NCBI GenBank assembly: GCA_018268355.1
Contig: JAFDWR010000001.1
Coordinates: 289,797 to 353,796 of the forward strand
Length of the DNA: 64,000 bases
Source: Armatimonadota bacterium
GTDB taxonomy: Bacteria > Armatimonadota > Fimbriimonadia > Fimbriimonadales > Fimbriimonadaceae
Direction of reading: 5' to 3'
Under the pieces are notes generated by a model, which was given only the letters and a program-made list of their open reading frames with translations, searched no databases and was not told where the DNA came from. Below are positions 26,749 through 36,931 of this stretch, one piece after another. The position numbers and the translations under genes were made by a program. Numbering within the stretch: the first letter of the stretch is position 1; each line of letters starts with the position of its first letter.

Positions 26749-27396
26749 ATGAGTCAGCCAACCGGCAAGTGGAGCGAAGCGATGCAATCCATCGTGGGTG
26801 CGCGGCTGCGCCGGGTGCGGTTGCAGGGCAACCTCTCCATTCGCCAGGTTGCCGAGGCCGCCAACCTCAGCAAGACCACCGTCGTCCAGGTGGAATCAGG
26901 CCGGACGTCTCGCCGCTCATCCTATCTCAAGGTTGCGCGGTTCCTCGGGCTACACCTCGAGCACCTCCTCGCCCCTGAAGGCGGCAGCGAACTTCCTTAT
27001 GCGGCCCACTTTAAGTCCAACGACAAGTGGTTTGACCTTGCATCCTTTGACGAAGGACCTCTACCTGAGTCAGCCCAAACGAACCCCGAAGAGCGAGCCC
27101 GTCTTTCCCAGGCGGACGGCCTCTCGCCGCTGAACATCCTTGCGAGTCGGCTCGAAAACGGGCGGATTAAGCCGACCGTGCTCGAGGTCTTTGGGCCGAC
27201 GCCACCCCGCTCGCACCAGGGTGAGGAGCTCGTTTACGTCCTCGAAGGCCAGGCGATCATCACGGTGAGCGGCAAGAGCATCGCCCTCAACGAGGGCGAG
27301 AGCATCACCTTTTGGAGTGCCGAGCAGCACTCCTATGCCCCGCAAGAGGGGTCAAAACTGCCGGTTCGTCTCCTTTCTGCACGAGTTGACACCTAA
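26749..27396 (+). CDS. XRE-family HTH + cupin-domain transcriptional regulator
   Basis: N-terminal HTH LSIRQVAEAANLSKTTVVQVESG. C-terminal cupin (ELVYVLEGQAIITVSGKSIALNEGESITF). Confidence 0.75.
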   Translation: MSQPTGKWSEAMQSIVGARLRRVRLQGNLSIRQVAEAANLSKTTVVQVESGRTSRRSSYLKVARFLGLHLEHLLAPEGGSELPYAAHFKSNDKWFDLASFDEGPLPESAQTNPEERARLSQADGLSPLNILASRLENGRIKPTVLEVFGPTPPRSHQGEELVYVLEGQAIITVSGKSIALNEGESITFWSAEQHSYAPQEGSKLPVRLLSARVDT

Positions 27397-27425
27397 ATTT
27401 TTCAAAACGTGGTACTGTACCGGTT

Positions 27426-28337
27426 ATGTCGCATCTCGCACTTTTGGTCACGTTCGCCCTTTCGACCTCCTTCAACCGCGGAATTGGGGATGAGCTCAAG
27501 GCCCTCGCGGACAGTAAGACCGAACCGGCGGTCATCGCGGCGCGAGTCGAGAAGGCACTCAAGGACGACGAACTCACGACCGGCGCGGACTTTCTTGCTG
27601 CTGCACAGTTTGTCCATGTTGGTGCCCGCCGGATCGATCAACTCCGGGTTCGCTACGAACTTTGCCTCACCGCCGTCTGCCTCGGCGAAAAGTCCGCAAT
27701 GCCGTTGCTCACCTCGACGTGGGACGACCTCATGAACTCGACGAGCCGTCCCCGGCGCATCGCTGCGCTTCCGCATCTCGATGATCGAACTCGCCTTGTG
27801 CCGACCGCCCCCGTGATCCGCGCGCTCTGGCAGGGCAAGTCGGACGCCAAGCCCGTCGTCAACCCCCGCATTAAGGTGCTCTTTGACGACGACCAAGGCG
27901 CGCGCCAGATCGATTTCTCTAAGCTATCCGAAGAGGAGCGCAGCAAGGCGATTCTCAAGATGGTGAAGGGCGACGCTGCCCGCCTTGCCGAAGCACGCCA
28001 AATCCTGCGGAAGGGAGCGGTGTCGACTGGCGAGGACTTTGAGTACATGGCGTTCCTGTTCCAGCACGCCTCGACTTTTGAGGACTATGCCAGCGCCCAC
28101 GAGCTCGCGGTCTGCGCCGTTTTGCGCGGCAAAAAGTCGGCCAGCTGGATCGCCGGCGCGAGCTATGACCGGATGATGCTCTCGGCGAGCTACCCGCAAC
28201 GCTTCGGAACCCAATTCATGATGAGCGGCAGCAAGTACATCTTCGACACCATCGACACCTCGATGACTAACGACCGCCAGCGCAAGGCCGTGATCCGAAA
28301 GACGCTGGACGAAGCCAAGCGCGTGTTCGATCAGTGA
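27426..28337 (+). CDS. hypothetical secreted protein
   Basis: N-terminal hydrophobic segment MSHLALLVTFALSTSF. No family recognised. Confidence 0.45.
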   Translation: MSHLALLVTFALSTSFNRGIGDELKALADSKTEPAVIAARVEKALKDDELTTGADFLAAAQFVHVGARRIDQLRVRYELCLTAVCLGEKSAMPLLTSTWDDLMNSTSRPRRIAALPHLDDRTRLVPTAPVIRALWQGKSDAKPVVNPRIKVLFDDDQGARQIDFSKLSEEERSKAILKMVKGDAARLAEARQILRKGAVSTGEDFEYMAFLFQHASTFEDYASAHELAVCAVLRGKKSASWIAGASYDRMMLSASYPQRFGTQFMMSGSKYIFDTIDTSMTNDRQRKAVIRKTLDEAKRVFDQ

Positions 28338-29326
28338 CCTGGCATAAACGACAGCCCCGCGCTCTCCCGCAGGGCGTCGAGGGTTTGCATGTTTCGGAGG
28401 GTGGAGGTGAGAGGGTGCTCGGTTGCCTCGCCGGATGAGATCTGCCGCGCCACCGCGTCGATCTCGTAGGCGTAAAGGTCGTTCGTCGTGAGGTGGAAGG
28501 ACTCAGAGGTGACCACCGCCGAAGGGTCGTTGGGCGAGCCGTGGCTCACCACGAAGGGCTGGTCGCAGAACCATGGCCGGGGCATTTCGATCCGGCCCTC
28601 GGTGCCAAAGATCGTGGCGCCATTCACGAGTTCGAGGTGGACCGCGCAGCTAAACGAGAGTAGTCCATTGCCGTAGTCCACTGTCCCGCTGCCCACCGCG
28701 TCATAGCCGTCGCCGGCGGTCTCCATCGCGTAGCACGACCGCACCGCCGGTCGGTTAAAGACCCAATCTGCGAGCTGGACGCAATACGAACCCACGTCCA
28801 TCAGGCCACCGCCGCCCTCGGCCCGGACAAACCGGAAGTTGTCGGTCCCGCGTTTGGAGGCGAACCCAAAGCTCGCGCGGACCAGCTTCGGCTCGCCGAT
28901 CCTGCCGCTGCGAATCAGGTCGCGGATGGCGACATAGTCGGGCGTGAACCGGCACATGAACGCCTCGGCGCAAAAGACGCCCGCCGACCGGGCCGCCTCA
29001 ATCGCCCGCTGGGCAGAAGGGAAGTCGAGCGTGAACGGCTTCTCGCTGAGGATGTGCTTGCCCGCCCGGGCACAGGCAATGATGTCGCGCTCATGCTGGG
29101 AATGGGGCGTCGCGATGTAGACAGCGTCGACCTCGGGATGGTGGATCAGCTTGTCATAACTGCCGCAGGGGATGCACGGATAGTCGGCGGCAAAGGCCTC
29201 CGCCGATTCGAGGGTGCGCGAGCCCACTGCCACCAGCCGTCCGGTCTCGCTTGCCGCGAGTCCAACCGCAAAGCGCCGCGCAATCTTGCCGGTCGCGAGA
29301 ATCCCCCACCTGAGTTTTGAATCCAT
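28331..29326 (-). CDS. Gfo/Idh/MocA-family NAD(P)-dependent oxidoreductase
   Basis: LRWGILATGKIARRFAVGL (Rossmann GxxGxxG)...EKPF motif. Confidence 0.85.
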   Translation of the reverse strand: MDSKLRWGILATGKIARRFAVGLAASETGRLVAVGSRTLESAEAFAADYPCIPCGSYDKLIHHPEVDAVYIATPHSQHERDIIACARAGKHILSEKPFTLDFPSAQRAIEAARSAGVFCAEAFMCRFTPDYVAIRDLIRSGRIGEPKLVRASFGFASKRGTDNFRFVRAEGGGGLMDVGSYCVQLADWVFNRPAVRSCYAMETAGDGYDAVGSGTVDYGNGLLSFSCAVHLELVNGATIFGTEGRIEMPRPWFCDQPFVVSHGSPNDPSAVVTSESFHLTTNDLYAYEIDAVARQISSGEATEHPLTSTLRNMQTLDALRESAGLSFMPGH

Positions 29327-29494
29327 GTCCTAGACAAGACTACCGCCGACGGTGTACATTGAGGTCGGCCATGCCGGTGGCCACCCGACTCGCGGGAAGA
29401 GTTCAACTCATCGGTGTTTGGAAATGTTCCAACTGGAGCCTTTGTGCTGCCCGTGCATGCGAGTCCTGGGCAAATCGTTGCACGGAGACTCAAT

Positions 29495-30973
29495 ATGGAA
29501 ACCCTTCCCGATAAGCCGAACTTGGACCACCTTCGCGGTCAAGCCAAGTCTCTTCTCAAGCTGCTGAAAAGCGGCGACCCCAAAGCCCTCGCGCTCATCC
29601 CGCAGTTCGCTCCCGAATTTGCCTCGGAAAGCCCGATCCTGCTTCATCATGCCCAGCTCCTGGTCGCGCGGAGCTATGGCTTCCCGAGCTGGCCAAAGCT
29701 CGTCGCCCACGTCGAGGCGGTCACGACCCCCGAGGCGCAGTGGCTGCTCGAATTCTGCGTCGCCACCATCGGGCGCGGATTCATCGGACCCAACTTGGTC
29801 CGTGCCGACGCGCTCTGGGAGCGGCGACCCGCCCAGGATCCGTTCTCCGATGCGATCCGCGGGGAATCGCTCGCGGGGCTCGACGCCAATCTCACCGGTG
29901 GGCCGTTCAAGGCGCCGCTGCTCGTCTATGTGGCGAACTCGGGCTACTGGGCGCGGCCAGAACGTGCGGAGAAGTTGCTCGTCTCTGCGCGGGACCTCCT
30001 CGATCGTGGGGCCGACCCGAATGGCACCTATGAGGACCCCGACTTCCCGGGGGCACCGCTCAGCGCGCTCTATGCCGCCGCCGGACGTCGAAATCGTCCC
30101 GACCTCACCGCACTTCTTCTCGAACGGGGCGCGAATCCCGACGATGGCGAGTCGGTCTATCACGCCTGCGAGTGGCGCGACCACACCACGCTCAAGATGG
30201 TGCTCGCGGCGGGCGCGAAGAAGGAGCGGACCAACGGCCTGCTCCGAATCATGGACTGGGAGGACCCCGAAGGCCTTGCCCTACTCCTCGAAGCGGGGGC
30301 CGACCCGAACGAGATCACGAACAACGGCACCGCGATCCCGATTCAGCACTGCCTCATGCGCAGGCGGTCCACCGCAATCCTCCAGCAACTGCTTGACGCC
30401 GGGGCAGACCCCAAGCGATGGGACTTCGTCACCTACGCGCTCGATCGCGGCCTCGTTGAGCACGCAAAGATGCTCGGCGCCACCGAGATCACTCAGGAGC
30501 AAGAGTTCCTCGCCGCGTGCGTTCGAGCCGACCGCGATGAGGCACTCCGGCTGCTTCATGCCAACCCCGACCTCATCAAGAACCTGCCTCATGGCAAGCT
30601 GCGGCTCCTCCCCGATCTCGCGGCTGTGAGCCAGATTGACTCTGTCCGGCTGATGATCGAGATCGGTTGGCCGCTGGAGGTTACAGGTGGCGATTGGAAG
30701 GCAACCGCGTTGAACATCGCGATCTTCCGCGGCGACAGCGAGATGACGCGCGACCTGTTGAAGGCGGGCGCATCGTGGGAGACCAAGCACGGCTATGGGG
30801 ACGACGCGCGGGGCACCCTGAGCTTCGCCAGCAACGCAAGGCCGGGGCCGGGTTATGACTACGCGGGCTGCGCCCGCGCGCTCATCGAGGCGGGAATGCC
30901 GAAACCGGACCCCAAGAACTACCGCCCGTTCCCCGACGACGTCGCCGAGGCTCTCGGATTCCCGCTCGACTAA
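29495..30973 (+). CDS. ankyrin-repeat protein
   Basis: Repeated LLxxGADPN motifs (LLDRGADPNG, LLERGANPDD, LLEAGADPNE, LLDAGADPKR, LLKAGASWE). I chose the start METLPDKPNL; the frame is open from 29414. Confidence 0.75.
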   Translation: METLPDKPNLDHLRGQAKSLLKLLKSGDPKALALIPQFAPEFASESPILLHHAQLLVARSYGFPSWPKLVAHVEAVTTPEAQWLLEFCVATIGRGFIGPNLVRADALWERRPAQDPFSDAIRGESLAGLDANLTGGPFKAPLLVYVANSGYWARPERAEKLLVSARDLLDRGADPNGTYEDPDFPGAPLSALYAAAGRRNRPDLTALLLERGANPDDGESVYHACEWRDHTTLKMVLAAGAKKERTNGLLRIMDWEDPEGLALLLEAGADPNEITNNGTAIPIQHCLMRRRSTAILQQLLDAGADPKRWDFVTYALDRGLVEHAKMLGATEITQEQEFLAACVRADRDEALRLLHANPDLIKNLPHGKLRLLPDLAAVSQIDSVRLMIEIGWPLEVTGGDWKATALNIAIFRGDSEMTRDLLKAGASWETKHGYGDDARGTLSFASNARPGPGYDYAGCARALIEAGMPKPDPKNYRPFPDDVAEALGFPLD

Positions 30974-31030
30974 CGCAAAGAAAAAGCCCCTCTCCCGCCG
31001 CAAAGCAGGAGAGGGGCTTCGCCGCGCCGA

Positions 31031-32971
31031 TTACTCGGCAGCGGGCTTTTCGGTCTTTTGGTCTCGCAGCATCTGAAGGAGCTGGAGTCCCATCAGGCCG
31101 GAGAGGCTGCCGTCGCCGTTGCCTTCGCCGCCCGAGATGATGAGGTCGGGAATGATCTTCACGTTGCCGCGGCTGATCTCTTCCATGACCTTCAGGCGGG
31201 TGAAGTTGCCTTCGCCCATCGCCTTGACCTGGAGCTCGTAGGCTTCGGCGGTCGACTTACCGATCGCCATGATCTTTTCGCCTTCCGCGATACCGGTCTT
31301 CGAGATCCGCTCGGCTTCTGCGCTTGCGTTGAGGCGAGTGAACTCGGCCTGCGCCGCACCGCGTGCCTTGGTCGCTTCCGCTTCTGCGTTGGCGCGCATC
31401 TTCACCGCTTCCGATTCGGCGTTGACCTGGAGCTTAAGGCTCGCGGCGTCACCTTCGGCCTTTTTGATCGTCGCATCTGCCGTGCGCTGCGAGATTTCGA
31501 CGCTCTGCTGGGCCTTGACGATCTCGCGCTGCATGTCGGCAATGGCGGTTTCCTTTTCCATGCCTTGGCGCTTTTCTTGGGCCATTCGCTGGTTCTCGTA
31601 GGTCTTTTCCTCTTCCTGGGCCAGCTTTCGGTCGGTCAGGGTCTTCATCAGCGATTCGGGTGGAACGATGTCACCGATAAGCGTATCGACCGCGTTGACG
31701 TTGTATTCGTCGAGAACCGCACGGATGTGGTCCTTGGCCGCGTCTTGGCGTTCCTTTCGGGTGGAAAGGAAGCTGATGACGTCGCTATCCTGGGCCGAGT
31801 TTCGGAAGTAGTTGCCGATCGTCGGTTCGAGGACCTGGGAGACGAGGTTGCCCATGCTGCCGAAGCGGGCGATAACCTTGGGCGCTTCGAGGGCAGGGAT
31901 GTGGATGATCTGCGAGACGTCGAGGTTGAACGGGAAGCCGTCCTTACTGCGAACCGTGATCGTCGAGAGGTTGCGGTCGAGGTTGTGGGCCTCGGACCGC
32001 GCGGTCGCCCAGTTGAGAACGAGGTTCGTCGTCGGGACGAGCTCGACCTTGGTCGTGTAGATGTTGATCGGGTACTTCCCGGGTCCGAGCGGCTCGGCCC
32101 AGACACCTCGGAAGCCCTTGGTGACGATGTTGCCGTGCTTGAAGTGCTCGCCGGTGACGTCGGCACCGTCTTCACCGATGTAAGAGATGACAACGCCGAC
32201 ATGACCAATCGGAACGTCGGTCATTGGGACGACTTCGACCTCGAAGGCCCAAGGGTTGAGGAAGTAACTACCCGCGAGCATGACCGTCGGTTGGAGACCG
32301 CGACAACCGCCCGCGCCGAGGAATCGATCGACGTTTTGGAAGTTGTTATGGCCTTCAATCGGTTCACCGGCGATCTGTCCGGCGCGGATCGGCTGACCGT
32401 CGAGCGCGGTCACGATGCCGATCATGTTCTCACGGATGATCGTGATGTCGGCTTCGACAACGCTGAACGCGTACTTGTTGATTCGGTAGGTACCCGAGGT
32501 GAGAACCTGGGCCTGACGACCCTTTTGGCCGCCCTGCTCGAGGAATGCGGTGGCATCCTGGAAGTTGTCGCATTCGACGCTGCGGGCAAGGATGTTTCCA
32601 GTCGGCAGGGTGGCACCGTCATTGGCGAGGACGAGGCCAATCTTGCCGGGAGGAATCACCGTGAACGGATACATCTGCACCGAGTACTGCCACGGCCACA
32701 TCAGCCAGTAGAGGCCGGGGGCGAGCGCCTTGGCTTGGATACCGGCTTCGCCGTTGGTCGCAAGGATGCGGCCATCGGGGAGCGAGCGCCGGGAGCCAAC
32801 GAGGACGAACTTCTTCGTGACGAGGCCGATTCGGTCTTCCGGCACGATCACCATGCCGAAGAGAACGCGGAGGATGGGCTTAAACGCCGCGATGAAAATG
32901 ATGGGGAAAACTACCCACCAGTACTTCATGAGTTGATCGGCGGGCGTTACTTGCAAAAGGTAGTGGTTCAT
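31031..32971 (-). CDS. flotillin / SPFH (band-7) family membrane protein
   Basis: N-terminal TM YWWVVFPIIFIAAF; SPFH domain; long Ala/Glu/Lys-rich coiled-coil tail (EAERISKTGIAEGEKIMAIGKSTAEAYELQVKAMGEGN). The 31058..33004 + ORF is antisense. Confidence 0.85.
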   Translation of the reverse strand: MNHYLLQVTPADQLMKYWWVVFPIIFIAAFKPILRVLFGMVIVPEDRIGLVTKKFVLVGSRRSLPDGRILATNGEAGIQAKALAPGLYWLMWPWQYSVQMYPFTVIPPGKIGLVLANDGATLPTGNILARSVECDNFQDATAFLEQGGQKGRQAQVLTSGTYRINKYAFSVVEADITIIRENMIGIVTALDGQPIRAGQIAGEPIEGHNNFQNVDRFLGAGGCRGLQPTVMLAGSYFLNPWAFEVEVVPMTDVPIGHVGVVISYIGEDGADVTGEHFKHGNIVTKGFRGVWAEPLGPGKYPINIYTTKVELVPTTNLVLNWATARSEAHNLDRNLSTITVRSKDGFPFNLDVSQIIHIPALEAPKVIARFGSMGNLVSQVLEPTIGNYFRNSAQDSDVISFLSTRKERQDAAKDHIRAVLDEYNVNAVDTLIGDIVPPESLMKTLTDRKLAQEEEKTYENQRMAQEKRQGMEKETAIADMQREIVKAQQSVEISQRTADATIKKAEGDAASLKLQVNAESEAVKMRANAEAEATKARGAAQAEFTRLNASAEAERISKTGIAEGEKIMAIGKSTAEAYELQVKAMGEGNFTRLKVMEEISRGNVKIIPDLIISGGEGNGDGSLSGLMGLQLLQMLRDQKTEKPAAE

Positions 32972-33023
32972 ATCTGCCTAGGTCAGGTGCCTTTGACAGT
33001 CTAAGACACGCGGGAAAATCTTG

Positions 33024-33416
33024 CTAGGTTGCAGGCTTCTTGTTCACGGCATTCACGTCCCAACCGTCGTAGCTCTCCGCGCCGGTACGGCTTGAGAATT
33101 GGACCGCGCGAATGTGGTCGTCGATGGTATCGAGGCTGAGAATGATCGGGAGTGTGTATTCAATTTGGTAGCTCTTGATGATCCAGAACCTTGTGCGTTC
33201 GTTGATTCGAGCCGATCCATTGCCCGGAAGCGACCGCAGGATCTCGCGTGCTTCCTCAATCTTTTTGGTGATGAAGTAGTGGGTGATTTGCCTCTCCGCC
33301 TCCATGTCTTCGCCTACATCAATGATCACCTGCACGACCGTTTGGTGAATTGATAATCCCGGTCGGCCCTCGGGAAACTTGTGGTTGGGGGGAGCAACGG
33401 ACATGACTTTAATCAT
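33024..33416 (-). CDS. hypothetical protein upstream of the flotillin gene
   Basis: 130-aa ORF, 52 nt upstream of the flotillin gene on the same strand. Not NfeD-like. Start uncertain. Confidence 0.4.
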   Translation of the reverse strand: MIKVMSVAPPNHKFPEGRPGLSIHQTVVQVIIDVGEDMEAERQITHYFITKKIEEAREILRSLPGNGSARINERTRFWIIKSYQIEYTLPIILSLDTIDDHIRAVQFSSRTGAESYDGWDVNAVNKKPAT

Positions 33417-33484
33417 CCTAACACGAAGGGCTAATTTCTGGCGTGGACTCCCGGATTTGAGTTCAAGTCGCTAGAATAAGAGCG

Positions 33485-34861
33485 ATGAATCGTCGCGACT
33501 TCTTACAGGTCACTGGCCTTGCCACGCTTGGCGCTCTCGCCTCCAACGCCTTTGGTATGCAGGGTTCTGGTCCCTCCATCGGTCGGACCCGGTCTCGACG
33601 CTCGAAATCGGTGATGGGACTCGCCCACAAGCCAATGGACAAGGTTCGGGTGGCGTTCATCGGCGTCGGCGCGCGCGGCAGTGGCCACGTCACTGACCTC
33701 CTGAACATCGAGGGCGTGGAAATCGTAGCGATCTGCGACCTGTACAAGGATTGGGCCGAGCGCTCAGCCGCAAAGGTTGTCGCGGCGGGTCGTAAGGCGC
33801 CGACGCTCTACGTCGAAGGGCCGAAGGACTACAAGAACATGCTCGCCCGCGAAGACATCGACGCGGTTTGGATCGCCACCCCGTGGGAGGAGCACATCCC
33901 CATGGCGCTTGAGGCGATGAAGCGAGGCAAGCACGCCTTCATCGAAGTGCCCGCCGCACCCACGATGGACGAAGCTTGGGCGATGGTCGAAACTGCGGAA
34001 GAGACCCAGCGCCACTGCATGATGCTCGAGAATTGCTGCTATGGCCGGGAAGAGATGCTCGTCCTGAACATGGCGCGGCAGGGCATCTTCGGGGACCTCC
34101 TCCACGGTGAAGGAGCCTACATCCACGACCTGCGTGGCCAGATGATGGAAGTCGACCGTGGCACCGGATCGTGGCGCACCCCGCACTACCAGAAGCGCAA
34201 CGGCAACCTGTATCCCACCCACGGCCTCGGCCCCGTCGCCCAATACATGTCGATTAACCGCGGCGACCGGTTTGCCCACCTCACGTCGATGAGCTCGAAC
34301 TCCAGGGTCCGGACGATCTACGCCAAGGAGCACTTCCCGAAGGACCACAAGTGGAACAAGACCCCGTTCCAATGCGGCGACATCAACACGACCCTTATCC
34401 GAACGGCGATGGGCCGCACGATCATGGTCCAGTGGGACGAGCAGCTCCCCCGGCCCTACAATCGGCTCAACCTGCTGCAAGGCACCAAGGGCGTTTGGGG
34501 TGGCTATCCCCAGCGCTGCGTGATCGAGGGCATGAGCACCTCGACCGACAAATGGGAACAGGACGCCGAGCTGAAGAAGTGGTACGACAAGTTCGAGCAC
34601 CCGCTCTGGCAAAAGCAGGGCGACATGGCCCGCAAGATGGGCGGCCACGGCGGCATGGACTTCATCATGAACTGGCGAATCATCTACTGCCTGCTCCACG
34701 GTGAGCCGCTCGACCAAGACGTCTATGACGGAGCCGCTTGGAGCGCGGTTTCGCCGCTGAGCGAGTGGTCCGTTGCCCGCAACGGCCAATGCGTGGAGTT
34801 CCCGGACTTCACGCGTGGCGATTGGAAGACCGCGAAGCCGCTCGGCATTGTCGGAGCCTAG
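33485..34861 (+). CDS. TAT-secreted Gfo/Idh/MocA oxidoreductase (glycoside hydrolase family 109-like)
   Basis: Twin-arginine signal MNRRDFLQVTGLATLGALA. Rossmann VAFIGVGARGSGH. Architecture typical of GH109 alpha-N-acetylgalactosaminidase-like proteins. Confidence 0.75.
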   Translation: MNRRDFLQVTGLATLGALASNAFGMQGSGPSIGRTRSRRSKSVMGLAHKPMDKVRVAFIGVGARGSGHVTDLLNIEGVEIVAICDLYKDWAERSAAKVVAAGRKAPTLYVEGPKDYKNMLAREDIDAVWIATPWEEHIPMALEAMKRGKHAFIEVPAAPTMDEAWAMVETAEETQRHCMMLENCCYGREEMLVLNMARQGIFGDLLHGEGAYIHDLRGQMMEVDRGTGSWRTPHYQKRNGNLYPTHGLGPVAQYMSINRGDRFAHLTSMSSNSRVRTIYAKEHFPKDHKWNKTPFQCGDINTTLIRTAMGRTIMVQWDEQLPRPYNRLNLLQGTKGVWGGYPQRCVIEGMSTSTDKWEQDAELKKWYDKFEHPLWQKQGDMARKMGGHGGMDFIMNWRIIYCLLHGEPLDQDVYDGAAWSAVSPLSEWSVARNGQCVEFPDFTRGDWKTAKPLGIVGA

Positions 34862-34897
34862 CCAAGCCCCGCCCCCAACCCTTACACTGGCAACGAG

Positions 34898-36910
34898 ATG
34901 TTCTCCCTCGTTGCCAGTTTGCTTCTCTCTGCCCAAATGTCTAGCGTCCGTCCTCCCGCCGTTCCCCTCATCACCCACGACCCCTACTTCTCGGTCTGGA
35001 GCTTCAACGAGAACCTCGCGAGCAACTGGACGCGGCATTGGACGGGCGCGATCCAGGCGATGGCAGGGATGATCCGCATCGACGGCAAGACCTATCGCTG
35101 GGCAGGCACACCGCCCCAAGCCAAGGAAGCGATGAAGCAGACGAGCTTGGCCGTCTCCGCGACCCAAAGCACGTTCGAGTTTCTTCAAGATGGGGTGCGC
35201 CTGCGGGTGAACTTCCTCTCGCCGCTCCTCGCGGACGATCTCGACCTCCTCAGCACGCCGATCAGCTATGTCCAGATGGAGGCTTCGTCCGAAGACGGCA
35301 AAGAGCACGAGATCGGGCTGTACATCGACACCACGGGCGAGTGGGTGGTCAACTCAACGTCGCAGGAGATCACTTGGGGACGATTGCGGATTGGCGGCGA
35401 CGAGGTGCTTCGGCTCGGGACGTCGGGCCAGCAGGTGCTGAACTCGGTGGGCGACGACCGCCGGATCGACTGGGGCTACCTCTGTTCGATGGGACCAGGT
35501 TCCACGACGAGCCTAGGCAGCGACCGCGCCGTGCGCGGTGGGTTCGCGAAGGGAGACCTTTCGGTTGATGACGACTTTCGGATGCCGAGGCCCGCGGTAG
35601 ACAACTGGCCGGTGGCCGCCCACGTTTGGAGCTATCGCCTGAAGGCCAAGGAGCACCAGAAGCGAACGCTGATCGTCGGTTACGACTCGGGTGAATCGAT
35701 CGAGTACTTCCGAAGGCCGCTCAAGGGCTACTGGCAGCGCGCAGGGAAGACGATGGCCGAGGCCCTCCGCGAGGCAAAGGTGAACGAAGCGTCGATTACC
35801 GCACGGGCGACTAAGTTTGACGCTGAGCTCGAGCGCAGGGCCACCGAGGCGGGAGGGAAGGACTTTGCGAGCCTCTGCGCCGTCGCCTACCGACAGGCGA
35901 TTGCGGCCCACAAGCTCGTTTGCGACCTCGATGGCGAGCCGCTCTTCTTCAGCAAAGAGAACTTCTCGAACGGCTGCATTGCGACCGTCGATGTGACGTA
36001 CCCATCCGCGCCGCTGTTCCTTTGGCTCAACCCCGGCCTCGCGAAGGGCATGATCGTCCCGATCCTCCAGTACGCGAACTCGAGCCGCTGGAAGTTCGAC
36101 TTTGCGCCCCACGACCTCGGGACCTATCCGAAGGCGAACGGCCAGGTTTATGGCGGGGGCGAGCAGACGGAAGAGAACCAGATGCCGGTCGAGGAGTGCG
36201 GCAACATGCTGATTCTTGTCGCTGGGGTCTGCAAGGCACAAGGGAACCTCGACTTGCTCCACCGATTCCCGGGCGTGCTCGACAAGTGGGCGCGCTATCT
36301 CGAAGCCAATGGCCTCGACCCCGAGAACCAGCTTTGCACGGACGACTTCGCCGGCCACCTCGCCCACAACGCCAACCTGTCGATCAAGGCAATCGTCGGC
36401 CTGGGTGCCTATGCCCAGCTTCTCGAGCGGGATGGCCAGAAGGCCCTCGCCACCCGCTTCATGACCAAGGCGAAGGCGATGGCGAAGGACTGGATGAAGC
36501 TTGCCGCCGACGGCGATTCGACCAAGCTCGCCTTCGACCGATCGAGCACCTGGAGCCAGAAGTACAACCTCGTTTGGGACGAGCTTTTGGGGCTGGACCT
36601 CTTCCCGAAGGAGCTTCGCCAGAGCGAGGTGAAGAGTTACCTCAAGCGGATGAACAAGTTCGGCCTTCCGCTCGACAACCGCGCGACCTATACGAAGCTC
36701 GATTGGTGCATCTGGACCGCCTGCCTTGCCGATGACCGCGCGAGCTTTGATGCGGTGGTCGCCCCGCTCACGAAGTGGATGAACGAGACGCCGACGCGAG
36801 TGCCGCTGACCGACTGGTACGACACCGTTTCTGGCAAGCAGATCGGGTTCCAGGCAAGGAGCGTGGTGGGCGGGATATTCCTGCCGATGCTCAAACGCGC
36901 ATGGCGATAG
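34898..36910 (+). CDS. glutaminase A-like / DUF4965-DUF1793 family protein (putative glycan-degrading)
   Basis: Signal-like N-terminus. Conserved blocks ITHDPYFSVWS, YRWAGTP, DLGTYP and NMLIL match my memory of the fungal/bacterial glutaminase GtaA family. Confidence 0.65.
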   Translation: MFSLVASLLLSAQMSSVRPPAVPLITHDPYFSVWSFNENLASNWTRHWTGAIQAMAGMIRIDGKTYRWAGTPPQAKEAMKQTSLAVSATQSTFEFLQDGVRLRVNFLSPLLADDLDLLSTPISYVQMEASSEDGKEHEIGLYIDTTGEWVVNSTSQEITWGRLRIGGDEVLRLGTSGQQVLNSVGDDRRIDWGYLCSMGPGSTTSLGSDRAVRGGFAKGDLSVDDDFRMPRPAVDNWPVAAHVWSYRLKAKEHQKRTLIVGYDSGESIEYFRRPLKGYWQRAGKTMAEALREAKVNEASITARATKFDAELERRATEAGGKDFASLCAVAYRQAIAAHKLVCDLDGEPLFFSKENFSNGCIATVDVTYPSAPLFLWLNPGLAKGMIVPILQYANSSRWKFDFAPHDLGTYPKANGQVYGGGEQTEENQMPVEECGNMLILVAGVCKAQGNLDLLHRFPGVLDKWARYLEANGLDPENQLCTDDFAGHLAHNANLSIKAIVGLGAYAQLLERDGQKALATRFMTKAKAMAKDWMKLAADGDSTKLAFDRSSTWSQKYNLVWDELLGLDLFPKELRQSEVKSYLKRMNKFGLPLDNRATYTKLDWCIWTACLADDRASFDAVVAPLTKWMNETPTRVPLTDWYDTVSGKQIGFQARSVVGGIFLPMLKRAWR

Positions 36911-36931
36911 AGGCTCGTAAAATCGAGTCTT

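Noticed and set aside
31058-33004. 648-aa plus-strand ORF
   Set aside because: Antisense to the flotillin gene. Low-complexity R/D/G/V composition typical of high-GC antisense frames.
33764-36367. Minus-strand ORFs 33764..35308 and 35513..36367
   Set aside because: Antisense to the GH109-like and glutaminase-like genes.
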